64,000 nt of DNA from Epiperipatus broadwayi (taxonomy: Eukaryota > Animalia > Onychophora). Shown here one piece after another: positions 25,510-40,109 of the stretch (its first letter is position 1; the number at the start of each line of letters is the position of its first letter). The stretch is from positions 5,270,001 through 5,334,000 of the forward strand of contig JAQFVV010000004.1 of the NCBI GenBank assembly GCA_028023455.1, read 5' to 3'. The notes under the pieces are model-generated. The model ran no database searches and was not told where the DNA came from. It worked only from the letters and a program-made list of their open reading frames with translations. The translations under genes and the position numbers were made by a program.

Positions 25510-28290
25510 CAAAAAGAAATTTGCTATTAACAGAAAGTATACCTTTTGTTTCTCTTTAAAACTTTACAGGAATTAAGCAAGGCAAATTCCTAATGTCTAT
25601 TCCTTATGTTCTTGTTAATGCAGCTGTTATTTCTCCATAATTATTTATATAGCAATTAAACATTGATGGGCTGCTACCTAACAACCATCATCTAGGACAT
25701 GGTGGCTTACTGAATTTTACTTCTGAGTATATATTCACAATAAACACCACAGTATTCCTTCTCAGGTGAAACGTCATTGAAGTTTTTTTGAAGGCAGATT
25801 ATATGAATACTCATTATTTTTTATATTTATAATTATGATAGATAAAAATAAATTATGGTCATTATTTGTAGTAGTCAGTAAAGTTAGCAGCCAAGGAAGA
25901 TTTTGATAACTGAAGAGAGAGAATGCTAAGAATTATTAAATTATGAACCTATATTGTCATTTAAAAATGACTTTTCATTTAGTTACTTACAATTATGAAT
26001 TTACCTTCAAGTAAAATAAGAATATATGCATTGGAACAAAACGTAGTCAGTTTCTTGTGAAATCAGAGGGGTGAAAATACAATTATCAAAAATAAGCAAA
26101 AATGTGGTAGGATTTATTCTAAATAAAAAAAATGGAAGAACTACATTGCAGATATTTATGATATATCAGATAGAGTGGTAAAATTAGTTTTCAACTTACT
26201 AGAAGATATCAAATGCAGATAATTCTGATTTATGCCCCCAAAAGTTTTCTTCAGATCAAACAATATTTAAAATTGTTATGGTAGATTTTAATGTTACAAT
26301 TGGTTATGGAGACAAGTGGGAGAAAAAAAAACAGACTTGTGGAATTTGCAAATTATGAAAATTTATATATTAAGAATTCTGTTTTTGGAAAAAAAAATAC
26401 AATGCAAAATTGAACTTTTAAGCAAACTAATTCTATTTTTACTAACAGAAAATATGTATTTCAAGATTAGATCTAATGTTCATTATAGATTCAACTGATC
26501 ATCAATTAGTTAAAAGTAAAATTTGAACTAATAAATGTTAAAGCAAAGCAAGAGATTCAAATATTATTAAGAAAGTATTAATAGTTGATATTCTTAATTT
26601 TCAGACATACTTCAATGAATTTAAATTAGAAATTTAAACTATTATAAATTTTGATGTTGCTCTGATTTGAAAGAAGTCAATAACAAAATAATTGTACAAA
26701 AATCGGCTACCCTAATAACTAATACAAAAAAGAAGAAATAGGAAAATGTTTTTAAATGATCCACTTAGAAAAATCAAATATATGAATTTCAATAAAATAG
26801 TAGAAAAATAGTTAATAATGATATAAGCCACTATAACTATGAATTAGCAAAGAAAGTTATAGAAGAGAACAAGTCTTAAAAGTATAATATTTCATAGTAT
26901 TTGAAAGAGAGTTGTTTCATCAATAAGAAGAAACAATAGCACTATTATTAAAAAGAAACATTATGAAAACAGTAGAAGACTTTTATAAAGAACCATATAC
27001 AGTATTATTAAACTAAACAAAAAAAATAAAGAAATTATGAAAATTATATCAATATTTTTTTAAAATGCCAAATATTTTAAATGAAAAAATAAGACATGCT
27101 ATTATATTTATGAAGAATGAAAGCATTTATGAAATGATGGATCCATTATTGATAAAAAAAATAAATGAAGAAATTGTTGACAAACTCTATACCAAATTTA
27201 AGAAAGGTGAAAAGAAAATTATTAGAATTACCATTCTCTCATTCTTTTATTGGTTCTATATAAGATTATTACAACTTAACTATAGAGAACTTCGAACTAA
27301 AACAAAAAAACAAGCTGGAATTAAAGGAGGATGTAGCACAGGAGATCACATCTATGTATTAAGAGAAGCTATGGAAAAGACCAGTGAGTATGAATTGTCT
27401 TTATGCTTTGAATTATCAGTTTATGAAAAGGCATTTGATTCTATAAATATTTCCATTCTATTTAAAACTTTAAAGCATGAAAACAAATGCAGAATATTGT
27501 CAAACGCAATAAAGTGATGTTACATGGTGCAACTAAAATGATTAACATTGATTTGGATGTATCTAAAACATTTTGTAGATTAAAATGAAAGCTGAAAAAT
27601 AAACATAAATGGAAAATATTTTAAGTTATGCCATTTTTGGAGATAAGATGATGGTTTTTGAAAATAATGCAACAGTTTTTAAAAACTATTACAGGGTGGA
27701 TCATATGAAAATAAGACAATGGGACTAAAAGTAAATACTAATAAGACTAAAGTAATATTCTGTAGACTTTACAAGAAAATGAATATTGATAATAAGGTAT
27801 TATCTTAGTCAGATTATTAATTCAAATAGAAACATAGTGGGGGGGGGGGGATCATACATTTATGTTTGGATAGGGTGCTTTTAATAGAAATAACTTAAAA
27901 GGAATATATTTGAGTTTGAAAAAAAAAAGATTTAATAAATGTTTTATCAGTGCATGCATATTGATGTGAGAATTTGAATGTTTAATAGAAAAACACTGCA
28001 GAGACTTCAAACTACTAGCTTAGCATGGAGAGTTATATGTTGGGAATAACAAGTCGATAACAAAAGCTATATAGGTAAGAGAACAAACAGATATTATTGT
28101 TATGTTAAAAAAATTAAAAGAAGAAATGATAATAGTTGGATTTAGACTGAATCACAAGAGATTGAAAAATACCTAGAAAGTGATCACATATGAAACATTT
28201 GAAGATAAGGAATTTTGTTGAAGTATTGTACAGAAGGCCATCTATGATTCAGAAAAAGTGAATTAAATATAGACTTAATGTATTGATAAT
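25510..28290 (+). mobile_element. Decayed near-full-length copy of the same RTE family, including the 5' UTR
   Basis: ggcaaattcctaatgtc and gatgggctgct (5' UTR), aaatgcagataatt...tttatgcccc (EN), and ORF 27065-27517 with GCSTGDHIYVLREAMEKTSEYELSLCF...YEKAFDSINIS (RT). Confidence 0.9.
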
Positions 28291-29249
28291 AGTATGTGCA
28301 TATATATATATATACTTTATAAAAATGTACTTATTAGTTAATTTATTAATAGATTAATTATTAATAAATTTTAATATATACGTATTTTGAATTATGAATA
28401 AGCACAATATTTAACTATATATCTAAATACAATTATAATGAAGGACCACACTAACTCTGAATACAAGGTTTATTTTATCTCTTTTATTATCATGTTTTTT
28501 AGCAGCTATAAATGATGTAGAGTTGAATTCTTTTATTCATTTAATTGTAAAAATAAATTTAAACAGAAGAATTTAATTTTGTTTCATTTATTGCTGTTCA
28601 AAAATACAATAAAATTGTTAAAGTCAATCTTTTATATTTGATTTTTTTTTTTTTTAGAATTTAAAGGGTCATAAACTTAAGTATGTGTTTATATTTGAAT
28701 ATATGAATTAATCTTAATCATTTTCTGCCTCAAGATTCTGCCACCCAAGTGCACTATATATATACATACCTATATCCAGAGTTAATTTTGCTCTGCCTTG
28801 TACTTTAAATTTTCTGCCTAAAGATAAAATAATTCATTAATAATACTTGATTATCGTTATTTATAATTATTTTGCCATCCTCTTGAATATAATTTATTCT
28901 ATTATCTCAATTTTAGAGTCATTATAAACTCTAACCTTCCATTTTACATCATTAAGATGCAAAACATAAATATATGGTAAATGCTTTTTATGGGGGGGGG
29001 GGGGGTAAATTAATTATAAATTCACAAAATGAAAATAATTACTCAAATGAAATCATAGAATTAGTGCTATTGCAATATTTCATTTGAAAATTCTTAACTG
29101 TGTTAGTATAAGGCTATTAGTTAACATCAAATTAGCTTAACTCTTCTCCAGTATAACCCATTGTCTGGTTTTTTAAGGCCCTCAGTGACACTTTCGTTGT
29201 TATTGATGTATAATTTTTAAATATTGTCAAGTCATTGAGTTATTTATAA

Positions 29250-30800
29250 ATGCTTAGCATTATCAGCAATAACTACTCCAAGAGAAAAAAATTAGAGACA
29301 AAACAAATGTTTTGTAATTACTATACATTTCAATTTGGAATCATAAATATATCCATGTATTCTGTTTATTTGATGTTTTTGTAAATGCTCTTTTTTTTCT
29401 GAAATACTTTAAATTGTAGCTCTCCAATTAATTCTATTCACAGGCATATCTTCCCAATGAAAGCAATCAACATTGTAATTTTTATGACAAATAGGATATG
29501 CATCTTCCATAAAAATCATGCTCAAGTTTACTGTAAAATATATTTGTTACCGAGTTTTGTATTCATTTGTTTCACGCCATCCATTTTTATGAAGATGTAA
29601 ATTTTCAATGATGGGCTTATATTGACGAGTCAAATTATCATAACATTATATTTTTAAAGTTTTGTGAAGCATCCTTATATGAAAATTTTCTAATACCTTT
29701 ATGTTTCATTGATAGGATATTCAAGTTTAATTTCTATAGAATAATTCTCTGCCTAAAGCTCTATATACAGCCAATTTTAGTGCAGTCGTTATTTCACTTT
29801 AATTAAATACCCTATCTTTTAACTTGGAATCTGTTCTACAATTGAACATCTAACTCCACTTTTCTTCTTAAAAAGCTACCAAAATATTTAAATTGGCTTA
29901 TATTCGCAAATTGATAAAGTTGCTGAAGATTTTTTTTTTCATCATTGGCTGAACTTGAGTTTTTAAATATTAATTACTAAACCAAATTACTAATATATTG
30001 TAATCAAAATATACATTCTGCAGATTGTCATTTGAACTGGTAAAAATAGCTCAATTATTAGCATTCTGTAAAATCCAAAATATAACTGAATAAAAATCTT
30101 ATTTTTGCTTTTAATCAACTTAGATTAAAAATTCCACCATCAAATTTTTATTGCTTCTTCGTTCCTGATTAATTAAGCTGCCTACAAACTGTTGTAAAAA
30201 ACATAAATATAGAAATTGAAACAGTGTTGTAGCAAGTACACGTCCTTGTTTAACACCAATTTTCATTTCAAATGGCTTAAATTTTCCATGTGTAGCAATA
30301 ATCCTTTTTTTCATTCCATATGAATTAACTTTGATAGATAATCAACTACTTTCAAATATGCTTTAATCACATCAATAAAAGCAACATATAACTCTTTTTT
30401 TTTTGTTCCAACATTTATTTTTTTTTACATTTTCCTAGTAATAAAAACCATATTTTGGGGCTTCTTGGTCCTCTAAAAGCACATTGAGTTTCTGGTAATC
30501 ATTCATATATAATTATAAGCAACTTACTCAGCAAAATCCTTAAAAATACCTTTGCTACAGTAGATAATAATGATATTTTATAATAATTACTGCAGTCTTG
30601 TCTAATTCCTTTATTTTTAAAAATTGAAATAATGGAAGCATCTTTCCAATATTTTTGAAGCTAATATATCACTGATATATTTTAAAACTTCTCCAGATAC
30701 TTTATCAGAATCTGCATCCTTTCCATTTTTATGATTACAAAAAACTTTTGATTCTCCAAGCTAGATATCTTTTGTCCAAATCCAAATAAGTTGATAAAAT
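29250..30800 (-). mobile_element. Decayed BovB/Expander-like RTE LINE RT region
   Basis: Minus-strand WKDASIISIFKNKGIRQDCSNYYKISLLSTVAKV (about 30550-30650), FEMKIGVKQGRVLATTLF (ORF 30120-30314) and ITTALKLAVYRAL (about 29750-29790). These match BovB-type WKDANI..IFKNKG.R.DC.NYRGISLLS, GVKQGCVLAPTLF and TKL.VYRA. Confidence 0.85.
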
Positions 30801-32860
30801 GAATAAATTATTAAAAATTGTCATCTCAATTCTTGTATCATTATTTAAAAAACAATCAGAAAATGAGACATTTTAATGTTATATGCATTATATATATTTT
30901 GCAATTTGTGTTTTCTCTTTGTTTTAGTTATTATAAATAACATATTATAAAATAGCTATACATTTGGTATTTTATACATTATTTAATCATAAGTTTTATA
31001 ATATAAAATAAGTAAAATATATAAAATAAAGAATCAAATAGCAATCCTCAGATTTGTATTCCCAGTCTCAGAATCCATGTTCATAGATCTGAAATTTATT
31101 TCCTCAAGAATGTTATTATTCCTTTATTTGATCTTAAATATCTTTTTAATGTGATTAAAATATTAATTGAACTAATAAATTGATCATAATTTATTCAATA
31201 CTTCTACATTGATCAAATTATAATTTACCAAATTCATTCTCAGGTATCTTAAACAGTCTCTCAAATTTCTCTTATTTCTTAAGAAACAAATATTTCCCTC
31301 TTTTTTTACTGATTTGCTCTCTAATATGTGTACTCATATACCGGTGGTGACAGTTTTTTTGTTGTTGACATATATATTTTATTTTCTATTTCATTTTTTA
31401 AATATTTTTCAATATTCCTATTTTTATTTCTCTTTCTACATGCAATTGTTTTTTTTATTTCTTTCTAAATAATACTACATTTCTAATAAGGCATATGTGA
31501 ATCTTTTTTAAATTTGATTCTTAATAAATCATAAAATATCTAAAATTATTTATATTATTATTAAATACTTTTAACTACTTAATATTTTGCATTGTTGCAA
31601 TGATCGTTAAATGAATGGTTATCCTAACTCGGGGGGGGGGGGGGGAGCTGTTGCTTCTAAAGAATAAGTATCAAATTTTCTACCAATGCATTTAGTATAT
31701 AATCTATTTTTAATGGCAATATTTTAATATTCAACATTCTGTTGTATATCTTCAATAATCTATACCTACTAAGTATCTATATAATATTTCTTTTACATTT
31801 TAACTTTTAATTATGATTTTATCCATAAAATTCCATTGTTTTAAGCAAGGATGCATCTATTTATTATTTTTCTAATAATCTTTTTCCATAAATAAAGTAC
31901 TTGAAATAATCAATCTGTGTTTTTATTCAAAAATCAATGATACAACACTTGAGTTCACAGAGCCAATACCAAGGTTTTCAGTAAACTATAGATTACATTT
32001 CCACCATTTATTCATTAGTATATTTGAGAAGAAGAAAAAATATTGATATAGATACAATAAGTCACTATCTAACTTTTTTATTTTTGATTCTTACATTGAA
32101 GTATAAGCAGTGATAAAGTGAGCAAGTTTCCATTATTCAATTATCTTTTTAACATTAATTTTTAACTAATATGTAGGAATTACAAGAATAGAAGATATCA
32201 GATTAGATCTTACATTTAATTGAATAGTAAGCAATCTTTTTCACTTAATGAATTTACAAACATCTGTCAGCTTAATTAACTTTTTTTAAAAAGATCTCTG
32301 AAGCTATATTAAACTATCAACTCTTTTGTCACAAGTACTGGTCTGTTTAGATTGTGAAGAGTTAGCATCAGTTCCCACATTCCATATTCTTATACATTAA
32401 TCTTTTAATGTATAGATAAATTTGCTGTTCTGCTTAATTTTATTTAAGTAAATCATGATTTTCTAAATTATAACTTTATTATATGAATAACTTTAAAAAT
32501 TGCATTCACACTGAAATTGCTATAATGTTTATTAAATGTTTTTTTGTATTAAAATATAGAAATTTCATAGCATTTGTAATTTTTTTAGAAGTTTATTTAA
32601 TCTATTTTCAAAGTAGTGCCAACTTTTTATCAGTTATCAAGTTGTTGTTGTTTTTTTGCACATGTACTACCTATGAAATACGTAAACATTCATCAGCCTT
32701 TTTTAAACTCATAATCTTATTATTAGCACATTTTTTGTTTTGTTTTTTCATTCAGATGTCTTTAATTTTTTAAATGCTTTTATATTATTTAGCCATGTCT
32801 ATGTTTTTGACAGGATGTCCACATTTTTGAATTAACAATGAAAAAAAAATGTTCACATTT

Positions 32861-32916
32861 AGAACTCGAACTCACGTCCATACATTTACCAAGAAAACTC
32901 TTAACAACTGAACCAA
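32861..32916 (-). mobile_element. tRNA-derived SINE-like head
   Basis: The minus strand reads tggttcagttgttaagag (A-box-like) ... gagttcgagttct (B-box-like) at tRNA-like spacing. No full cloverleaf. Confidence 0.5.
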
Positions 32917-33360
32917 AGAAAATATTACATTTGTAAAATAAAATTTTGTTAATATTGATTTCATTGTTAAATTAATTAAAATAAATATATGTCTGACAGA
33001 AATATTACATTTGCAGGATAAATTTTAATATTAAATTTGGTTGATCCTAAAAAGCCAATATATAAATATTTTTATATAGTAGATAATCACATGATATTTA
33101 AATTTAGAATTTGTTTGTTAAAGCATGTATTTTTCATTTTTTAATATCTTATTATTAAATTATATTTTTTTTTAGATTTTTTTTATAGTTTTAACCATTT
33201 TTAATAAAAAAAAAAAAATTTTTTTAATAATGCTTTTATGTAAATACCCAACTAAAAAGTACAAAATTTGATTGCAGAGTATTATTTGCTTTTACTAACT
33301 TCATTATATGTGCGCCAAGCACCTATATACTTTATAAAATAATAGTCATTCTCTCTCAAT

Positions 33361-33590
33361 TAATTTGCCATTCTTGGAAAATATCAGAGACCGAAAGAAT
33401 CTAGACTTGTTATAAAACAATTGGAAATTGCAGAAATATTGTCATTTTATTAAAGCTTTTGAGGCTTAAGTAAATCATAAAAATTAAAAAGGTCTTGAAT
33501 GCTTTTATGAAATGACAATAATGCAATTTCCAGTTTTATAACAAGTCTAGATTCTTAAGATCTCTGATATTTTTCAAGAATGGCAAATTA
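33361..33590. repeat. Fold-back palindrome (about 90-95-bp arms; weaker arms extend to about 33200-33700), MITE-like
   Basis: taatttgccattcttggaaaatatcagaga...aagaatctagacttgttataaaac...tggaaattgca...tattgtcattt mirrors aaatgacaata...tgcaatttcca-gttttataacaagtctagattctt...tctctgatatttttcaagaatggcaaatta. Outer arms aaaaagtacaaaat / attttgtacttttt. Confidence 0.92.
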
Positions 33591-36500
33591 ACTAAGACAG
33601 GATTAATTTATTATTTTGTACTTTTTAATTAGCTATTTTCATAAAAACATTATTTTAAAAAAGCCTTTTTTTTTTACATCTTATTTATAATAGTTTTAAA
33701 TTAATATTAAATAAAATTATATGTAAACACTAAGACTTGCCCCAGTAATTAATTAATTATTATTATTATTATACTCTTTTCTTATATTTTGTATTATTTT
33801 ATTCTAATCTATAACTTTTCATTTGAAAGCAGTAATTAACTCTATTCATTTTTATCTTCTTTTTTTTTAAATTGATGAAATAAATAGTGATTTCATTAAA
33901 TGCCACATTGTTCATTGATCCTTTATTTTATAATTCTATTAAATTCTTAGCTCATAAAAATATTTTCATTATACAATAGTTATATTTTTATAAATTTTAA
34001 CACAAGTACTTGTTTAAGATCTGAATTTTTTGATTAAAAAACTTTAATGATATAAATGAAGAATTTGCAGGATCATATGGTGATTGCTGTACTAAAACTG
34101 TAAGTAGTATTACAGATTGGTATAAAGAACAAAAAAATAGGATATTATTGTATTTTGTCTTAATTTTATTATTAATATTATATGTAATCTTATTTGTTTG
34201 TTTGTGTTTGATCGAATTCAGTTTGTTTATGTTGTTCATTATGTAAATTCAATTCTTATTTTAATTATATATAAATTAATGTTAAAATTGATAAAAACCC
34301 TTAATATTAAGGTTTATTAAGTTTTATCTGTTTAAAATTATACAAAAAAAAAAAAATGACTGTTAAATTTATGTTAAATTATTTTAGGGATTTTTATAAA
34401 TAAATTAACATCAAAGTCATTAAAATAGATTTGGTTGTCAGAGACAAGGTATTACATGTCGTATCTATTTTATTGTTCTCCTTCAACTGCCATAGATGTT
34501 TAATATTGAAAGCCAAATTTGAAAATGAGTGGGTAATTATAATGTTGATTAACTTTTGTTATCAGTGATAGTATTGGTGTTTACAGTTAAATAGACTGAG
34601 TATATTTTTTGCCATTACATGCTGAGAGAGAAAAAAAGAGGGTGAGACATTAATTAAATTAAATTAATGAAATATTTCTACTAAGCATTTTGTAAGATTT
34701 TCCCAAAATTGAAATAATCTATCCTGAAACTATATTGTTTTGTATCCAAAAAGTGTTGGACATGCATTGGCATTTATGTTCATATTTTCTATTTACAATC
34801 ATAACTTTCTTCAGTTTTATAATGGAGATAGCAAGTTGTTTGGTTCAAGAGATAAAATGTTTTATTAATAAGTTTTATTTGTGCATTATTAAAAAATTAT
34901 TCACAATTGTGTTCTTAATTCATACTTTAATTATTGATGTATTTTTTTAATGTTTCAACTTATATAATATTCATAACTTGGCTTTATAACATTTTTTCTT
35001 AATATTAATATAGCCAACATTTTTATTATAATTCTGATATCTGTGTTTTTCAATTTATTTCTTTTTTATATATTTATTTTGTAGTTGTTTTTAATGGTTT
35101 AGTAATTATATCAGTTTTCATTTATTGAGTTTAAAAGTTCATTTTATTGGGTTTAATTTGATATAAAAAAGTTTTAGTTTTATAGAAAGAAGAATATTAT
35201 TAATCCATAAACCTATAACTCTGAAACTTCTATCATCCAGACAAAATTAAGAGAATAATCTATAACCTTTCATGGACTGCCAAATTGTATTATCTTAGCA
35301 TGTTTTACAATTTACTTGAATAACATTTTAATTCAATCTTGGAATACAAACATTATTTTAAAAAAATAAGCATTGTTCAGTAAATAAATTAATATGGGTT
35401 TTTCATTTAAAGAGGAAAAACTTCCCAATTTGGTAAATATTTGTAAATTAATAAGCTGCCCTACATGGTTTATTATAGTGATAAAGTGATGGATTCTGGA
35501 AATCAAGATCCATGGATTATGGCTCCAACTCTCTTACTTCCCATTCTCAAACTTCTTTTGAACTCCCAAGCAATAATCTTTTTAATTTTTTTTTTTTTAA
35601 TTAGCGTCACATTTTAGATTCTCTTACTTAGTTCAACAGCAAATTCATAATAAATGCTGTACAGCAATTTCTTACATCTAACTGCTAAGCAAAAGGAATA
35701 AAATCACTGAATATACTGACTTATTAAAGAATCAAGTAATTTTTTTAAATTATCTTGGTCATTAAAAAAGATTTTTGAATTAAGTATTGGGGGGAGGGGG
35801 TCAGTGTATAAATTGATTTAATAAAAAATAAGAATTGTTAATGGTCTTTTTAAATTAAACTAAAAAAATATTATGGAATTATATGCAAGATATAGAAATT
35901 ATTTCTATTCACTTATAGAAAACTAAATAGTAAAATTAATATTTATTTAAATTTTCAGCAATATAAGCCAAGAATTAGCAATTCCAGAATTAAAATATTT
36001 TATCTGTTTGTGTGTATGTATATATGATATTATGAAAAATCATACTTCTTGGAAATATTCCTCTCCATATATTATCTGATTATAAATTTAATTAAGATTA
36101 GAATTTATTTCAATTTCAGGTTAAATAAATATATATTTTAAACTTTCATAGTTTAACTGGTATTTTCTTTAATCATCATAAATATGTTTCTAAACTATAT
36201 ATTACAAACTTAAAAAAAAAAAAAAATTGATTTATTTCATTTATCAATACTATTTTTTTTCCCAGTCTTCATTATCATTATATATATTTTATTCTCTTTG
36301 TTTTACTTCATTAGAATTAAACATTTTCATTACCATAAAAATATGAATGACTACATTTTTAAAGTTGTCTTTGACTAACCAGTATTAATTTTATTATATA
36401 TATCATACTTCCTCATAACATTTCATATTGTTTTTCTTTAGACCATTCTTATGCCAGTATTTTTTATTTTATTTTCTAAATATAAAATTTTGTTTTTTTC

Positions 36501-38768
36501 ATCTTATTTTAGACTTATATTCTTCTTTTCTCATATTTATATTTAATATTCAATATATCTGTTTTCTCTGTTTTAAAATCCAGTGACTTTTTGTTTGCAT
36601 GGTTAATTGATTCATTCAGTCTGTTCTAATAAATAATTTATTGTTGGACCAGTTGTTTTTGTTTTGTTTTGTTTTAAACTGCCATATATTAATTTCTGTT
36701 TCTTTTATATTATAAGTAAATGATTATCCCAATTCACTTTTGCCAAAAATCAGGGAATATCCTTCTGCAATTAAGAAACATCTTAGAAAAATTATCAACA
36801 GAAATGCTTTCCTTTTTTGTAATCAAATTAAATGTTCAATTAAATGTAGATTTTAAGTAGATAATCTCACTAATATCTGAACTAAAAACCTCTAATCTCT
36901 TATCACTCCACTCATTCTGTCTTATAAACTTCTAAAATAGATTCATTATAAATTGCTTTTAGCATCAACAAACATTTTTTTAAAATTCAAACAAATATTG
37001 TGAACTGCACAGACCATTAACATGTAATCCATGTACACAAGAGAAATATTACTTCTATTTAATAATTATATTTGTATACATTTTTTAAACTTTTTTTTAT
37101 AAAAATAGCAAAATTAAATATGTATTTATTATAGTTGTGAATATTAAATAACTGCTGCTTCCAGAAGCTATGCTCTGATAATGTTTTCTCACACTATCAT
37201 ATCTTTGTTTCCTATTAGTATGAGTGCAAGCAACTTTTTGAATTACATCCCTCACTATCAATATAAATAAGTTATGCCATTGTTTGCCACTGTGAAGTTA
37301 CACTTGTTTAGCTTATGCAATAACTTATGCAGTATTTTTTCTTCTGTAAACAATTTTCAATTAAATTGACAAAATATTACAGTATAAAATTGTGAAAGGG
37401 TACAATTTATACAGTATCTTTTGCCATACTCTAAATAACTTATTCAATTTATCAAATTAATAAGGTAAGAATTTTAATTGCTTTTTATGTACATATTAGG
37501 TATATTTTTATAATGTGAGCAAATAGATTACTATTAATCTAAACATTAATTGAAAAACTTCTGTTTATCATACAAAATTAAAAAGTATAGTTTTGATTCA
37601 CTCACTGTTTTATTGTTATTTAAAAATTTTATGCTGATAAGCATATTCTATATTTTATTGTATATTGGAATGTTAAAAATAAAATAAATTTGTACAGTTA
37701 ACAAAATATATTTCAATGTATATAAATTATATATAATAAAATTAATATTTATTTTAACTTTCCGTAGAAACTCTGAGGAGAAAAAAGGGAAAGTCATTTA
37801 ATATGCATTCTGGAATTTTTTTTTATATACCTGAGAAAGCCACTGAACAGCTCTGAACACTACTGAAAATACTATGTGATAAATTTGATGTTTTGTCTTG
37901 AAATGAGATGTTTTGTAGGTTTTGGTTAAACAACAGTTAGAGAAAAAGTAATAGTTTTTTTTTTTTTTTTTGCAATTTGATATCTATTTTTGAATTAAGC
38001 TCTTTTTATTCACATTTTGGTGTTAAACAACATTCAGAAAAAATTAGTGATATTTTCTCTTTACTTTTTTTTGTTTCTGATGAAATCTCAAAAAAAAAAG
38101 TCTCCATCTATCAATTTTCAATACTCACCACCTGTGTAAATGGGAAAAAAATCTAACAGACAATCTGAAATTGTTGATAAACTCTAAAAAGAAATATTCT
38201 ACAAACTATTTAAAACTAAAAGACAATCTAACCAAAAGACAATGATAGATTGTAAAAAGAATCAAAATCTCTACAAAGTAACAAAATCAAGCTGATGTTT
38301 GATCTTAAAAAAGTGGTGATAAACCCAAACAAGAGAATGTACAAATTAATAAACACTGCTCATTGTTCTCCTATCTATCTTGACTTGTCAATAAGATGCT
38401 TCTTAAACAATTGTGCAGGCACTGATAGCATGATCTCATCAAATTAAAAAACATGAATTTTTGTGATCAAACAAAACTCATCATTGTCAAGAGAATAAGA
38501 GGCACAGCTTCCCAACTTTTGCAGTCTTAGATTTTTTTCTGTTGGAAAATTGGCATCAAAACAGCAGCAGCCATCTGGAATTCTTACTAGCCTTTCTTCA
38601 GGACATTTGTACTACGTATTAGTGAAAAAGGTCACTTTGTTTTTCTTCTTTCTTTATTGTTCATAACGTTTTTTTTTTGGTGTTTTTTTTGGATATGTCC
38701 CTTTCTTATCATTAACAACAACAAAAAAATTCTAAATATTTGTTCATTGCAATTCTGAAGCTTTTACT

Positions 38769-39000
38769 ACCTGTTCAATGTTGTTTCTAAGCCATTTTGT
38801 GTATGTGTGTGATGGTGGTGGTAGTGGGAAGGGAAGCATCTTGACTAATAACAAAAAATAGTATTATTTGTTCATTAAAATATGACCTGTTCAATGTTGT
38901 TTCTAAGCCATTTTGTGTATGTGTGTGATGGTGGTGGTAGTGGGAAGGGAAGCATCTTGACTAATAACAAAAAATAGTATTATTTGTTCATTAAAATATG
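38769..39000. repeat. Perfect tandem duplication, 2 x 116 bp
   Basis: 38769-38884 is identical to 38885-39000. Confidence 0.97.
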
Positions 39001-40109
39001 TTTTTACCACTTGTCCAATATATTATTACTTAGAAATGACAAATTAAAATATGTATTTAGCATTTCAGTACTAATTGTTATGACACAATATTTTTTAAAT
39101 AACCTAACAACTTTCATTGATTGAATCTTTTTTTTTTAATGGGAAAAAAGCTTACAGGTATTCAGATAGTTTTAGTGCTTTAAATACTGTAATTTGTGTA
39201 AAGTTCATAATAGAAATGATTAAATTATCTAAAAATAATACTTTGATTTAATAAATTTAATCCAGTTCATATTTTGATTCCCAATGAAAATTGCTTCCCC
39301 TTTATCTAATCTCACGCCACTGGCATAGAAGTTTGGGATTGTGGAGAAATATACATAAAAAGTCTTAATTATAAAGAAATTCTTCAAATAAGATTTTAAA
39401 AATTATTTAAGAACAATCTACTTTTTTACAATTTTATATATTAATCAGTAAAAATGATTCTACTCAATAATTATGTGTGGTGATTGCTGTTTATTATTTA
39501 TTTATATTTTTTATTACATTTTTAGTTTTCATATATCTCAATATTTTATACATCATGCAAATATTTCAAAGCTGGATGTCAGTTCCTTAACCAGCCAACT
39601 CAAAAATAATTCAGTCTAACTTCCATTGTTGATAACATCTATACATATATTCTGTTTGTTTTTTAACACATGATTTTCAAGTTTTGCGAATATTTTTATT
39701 ATATTTTTTCTAGTATGGAAATTCTTTACTGAAGAATCACAACTACAAGTTTTTTTAGCAAATCAAATAAAACTATTATAAAAAATTTTAAGTTCTCTAT
39801 TCATAATAATAATTTCTTTTCAGTTAATAAATAGGCTTGTCTTTAGTAGATAAATAATATTCTTTTACTTACCATGTGCCTAAATTATATAATATTAACT
39901 CATCCATGCACTTTACTACTGTTTCACAATACTTTAATTACCACCCTCTTATAATTTTAAAAAGCATGCAGCTTAACTATTAGTAATGAAATGAAGCCAG
40001 TTTTTTTAATTAAATTTAATTTTAAAAAAATTAAATAATTTTAGTTATGATTAAATACATGATTAAATTTAAATTTGAATTAGGAAATCATTTTATAATA
40101 GTAATCAGA

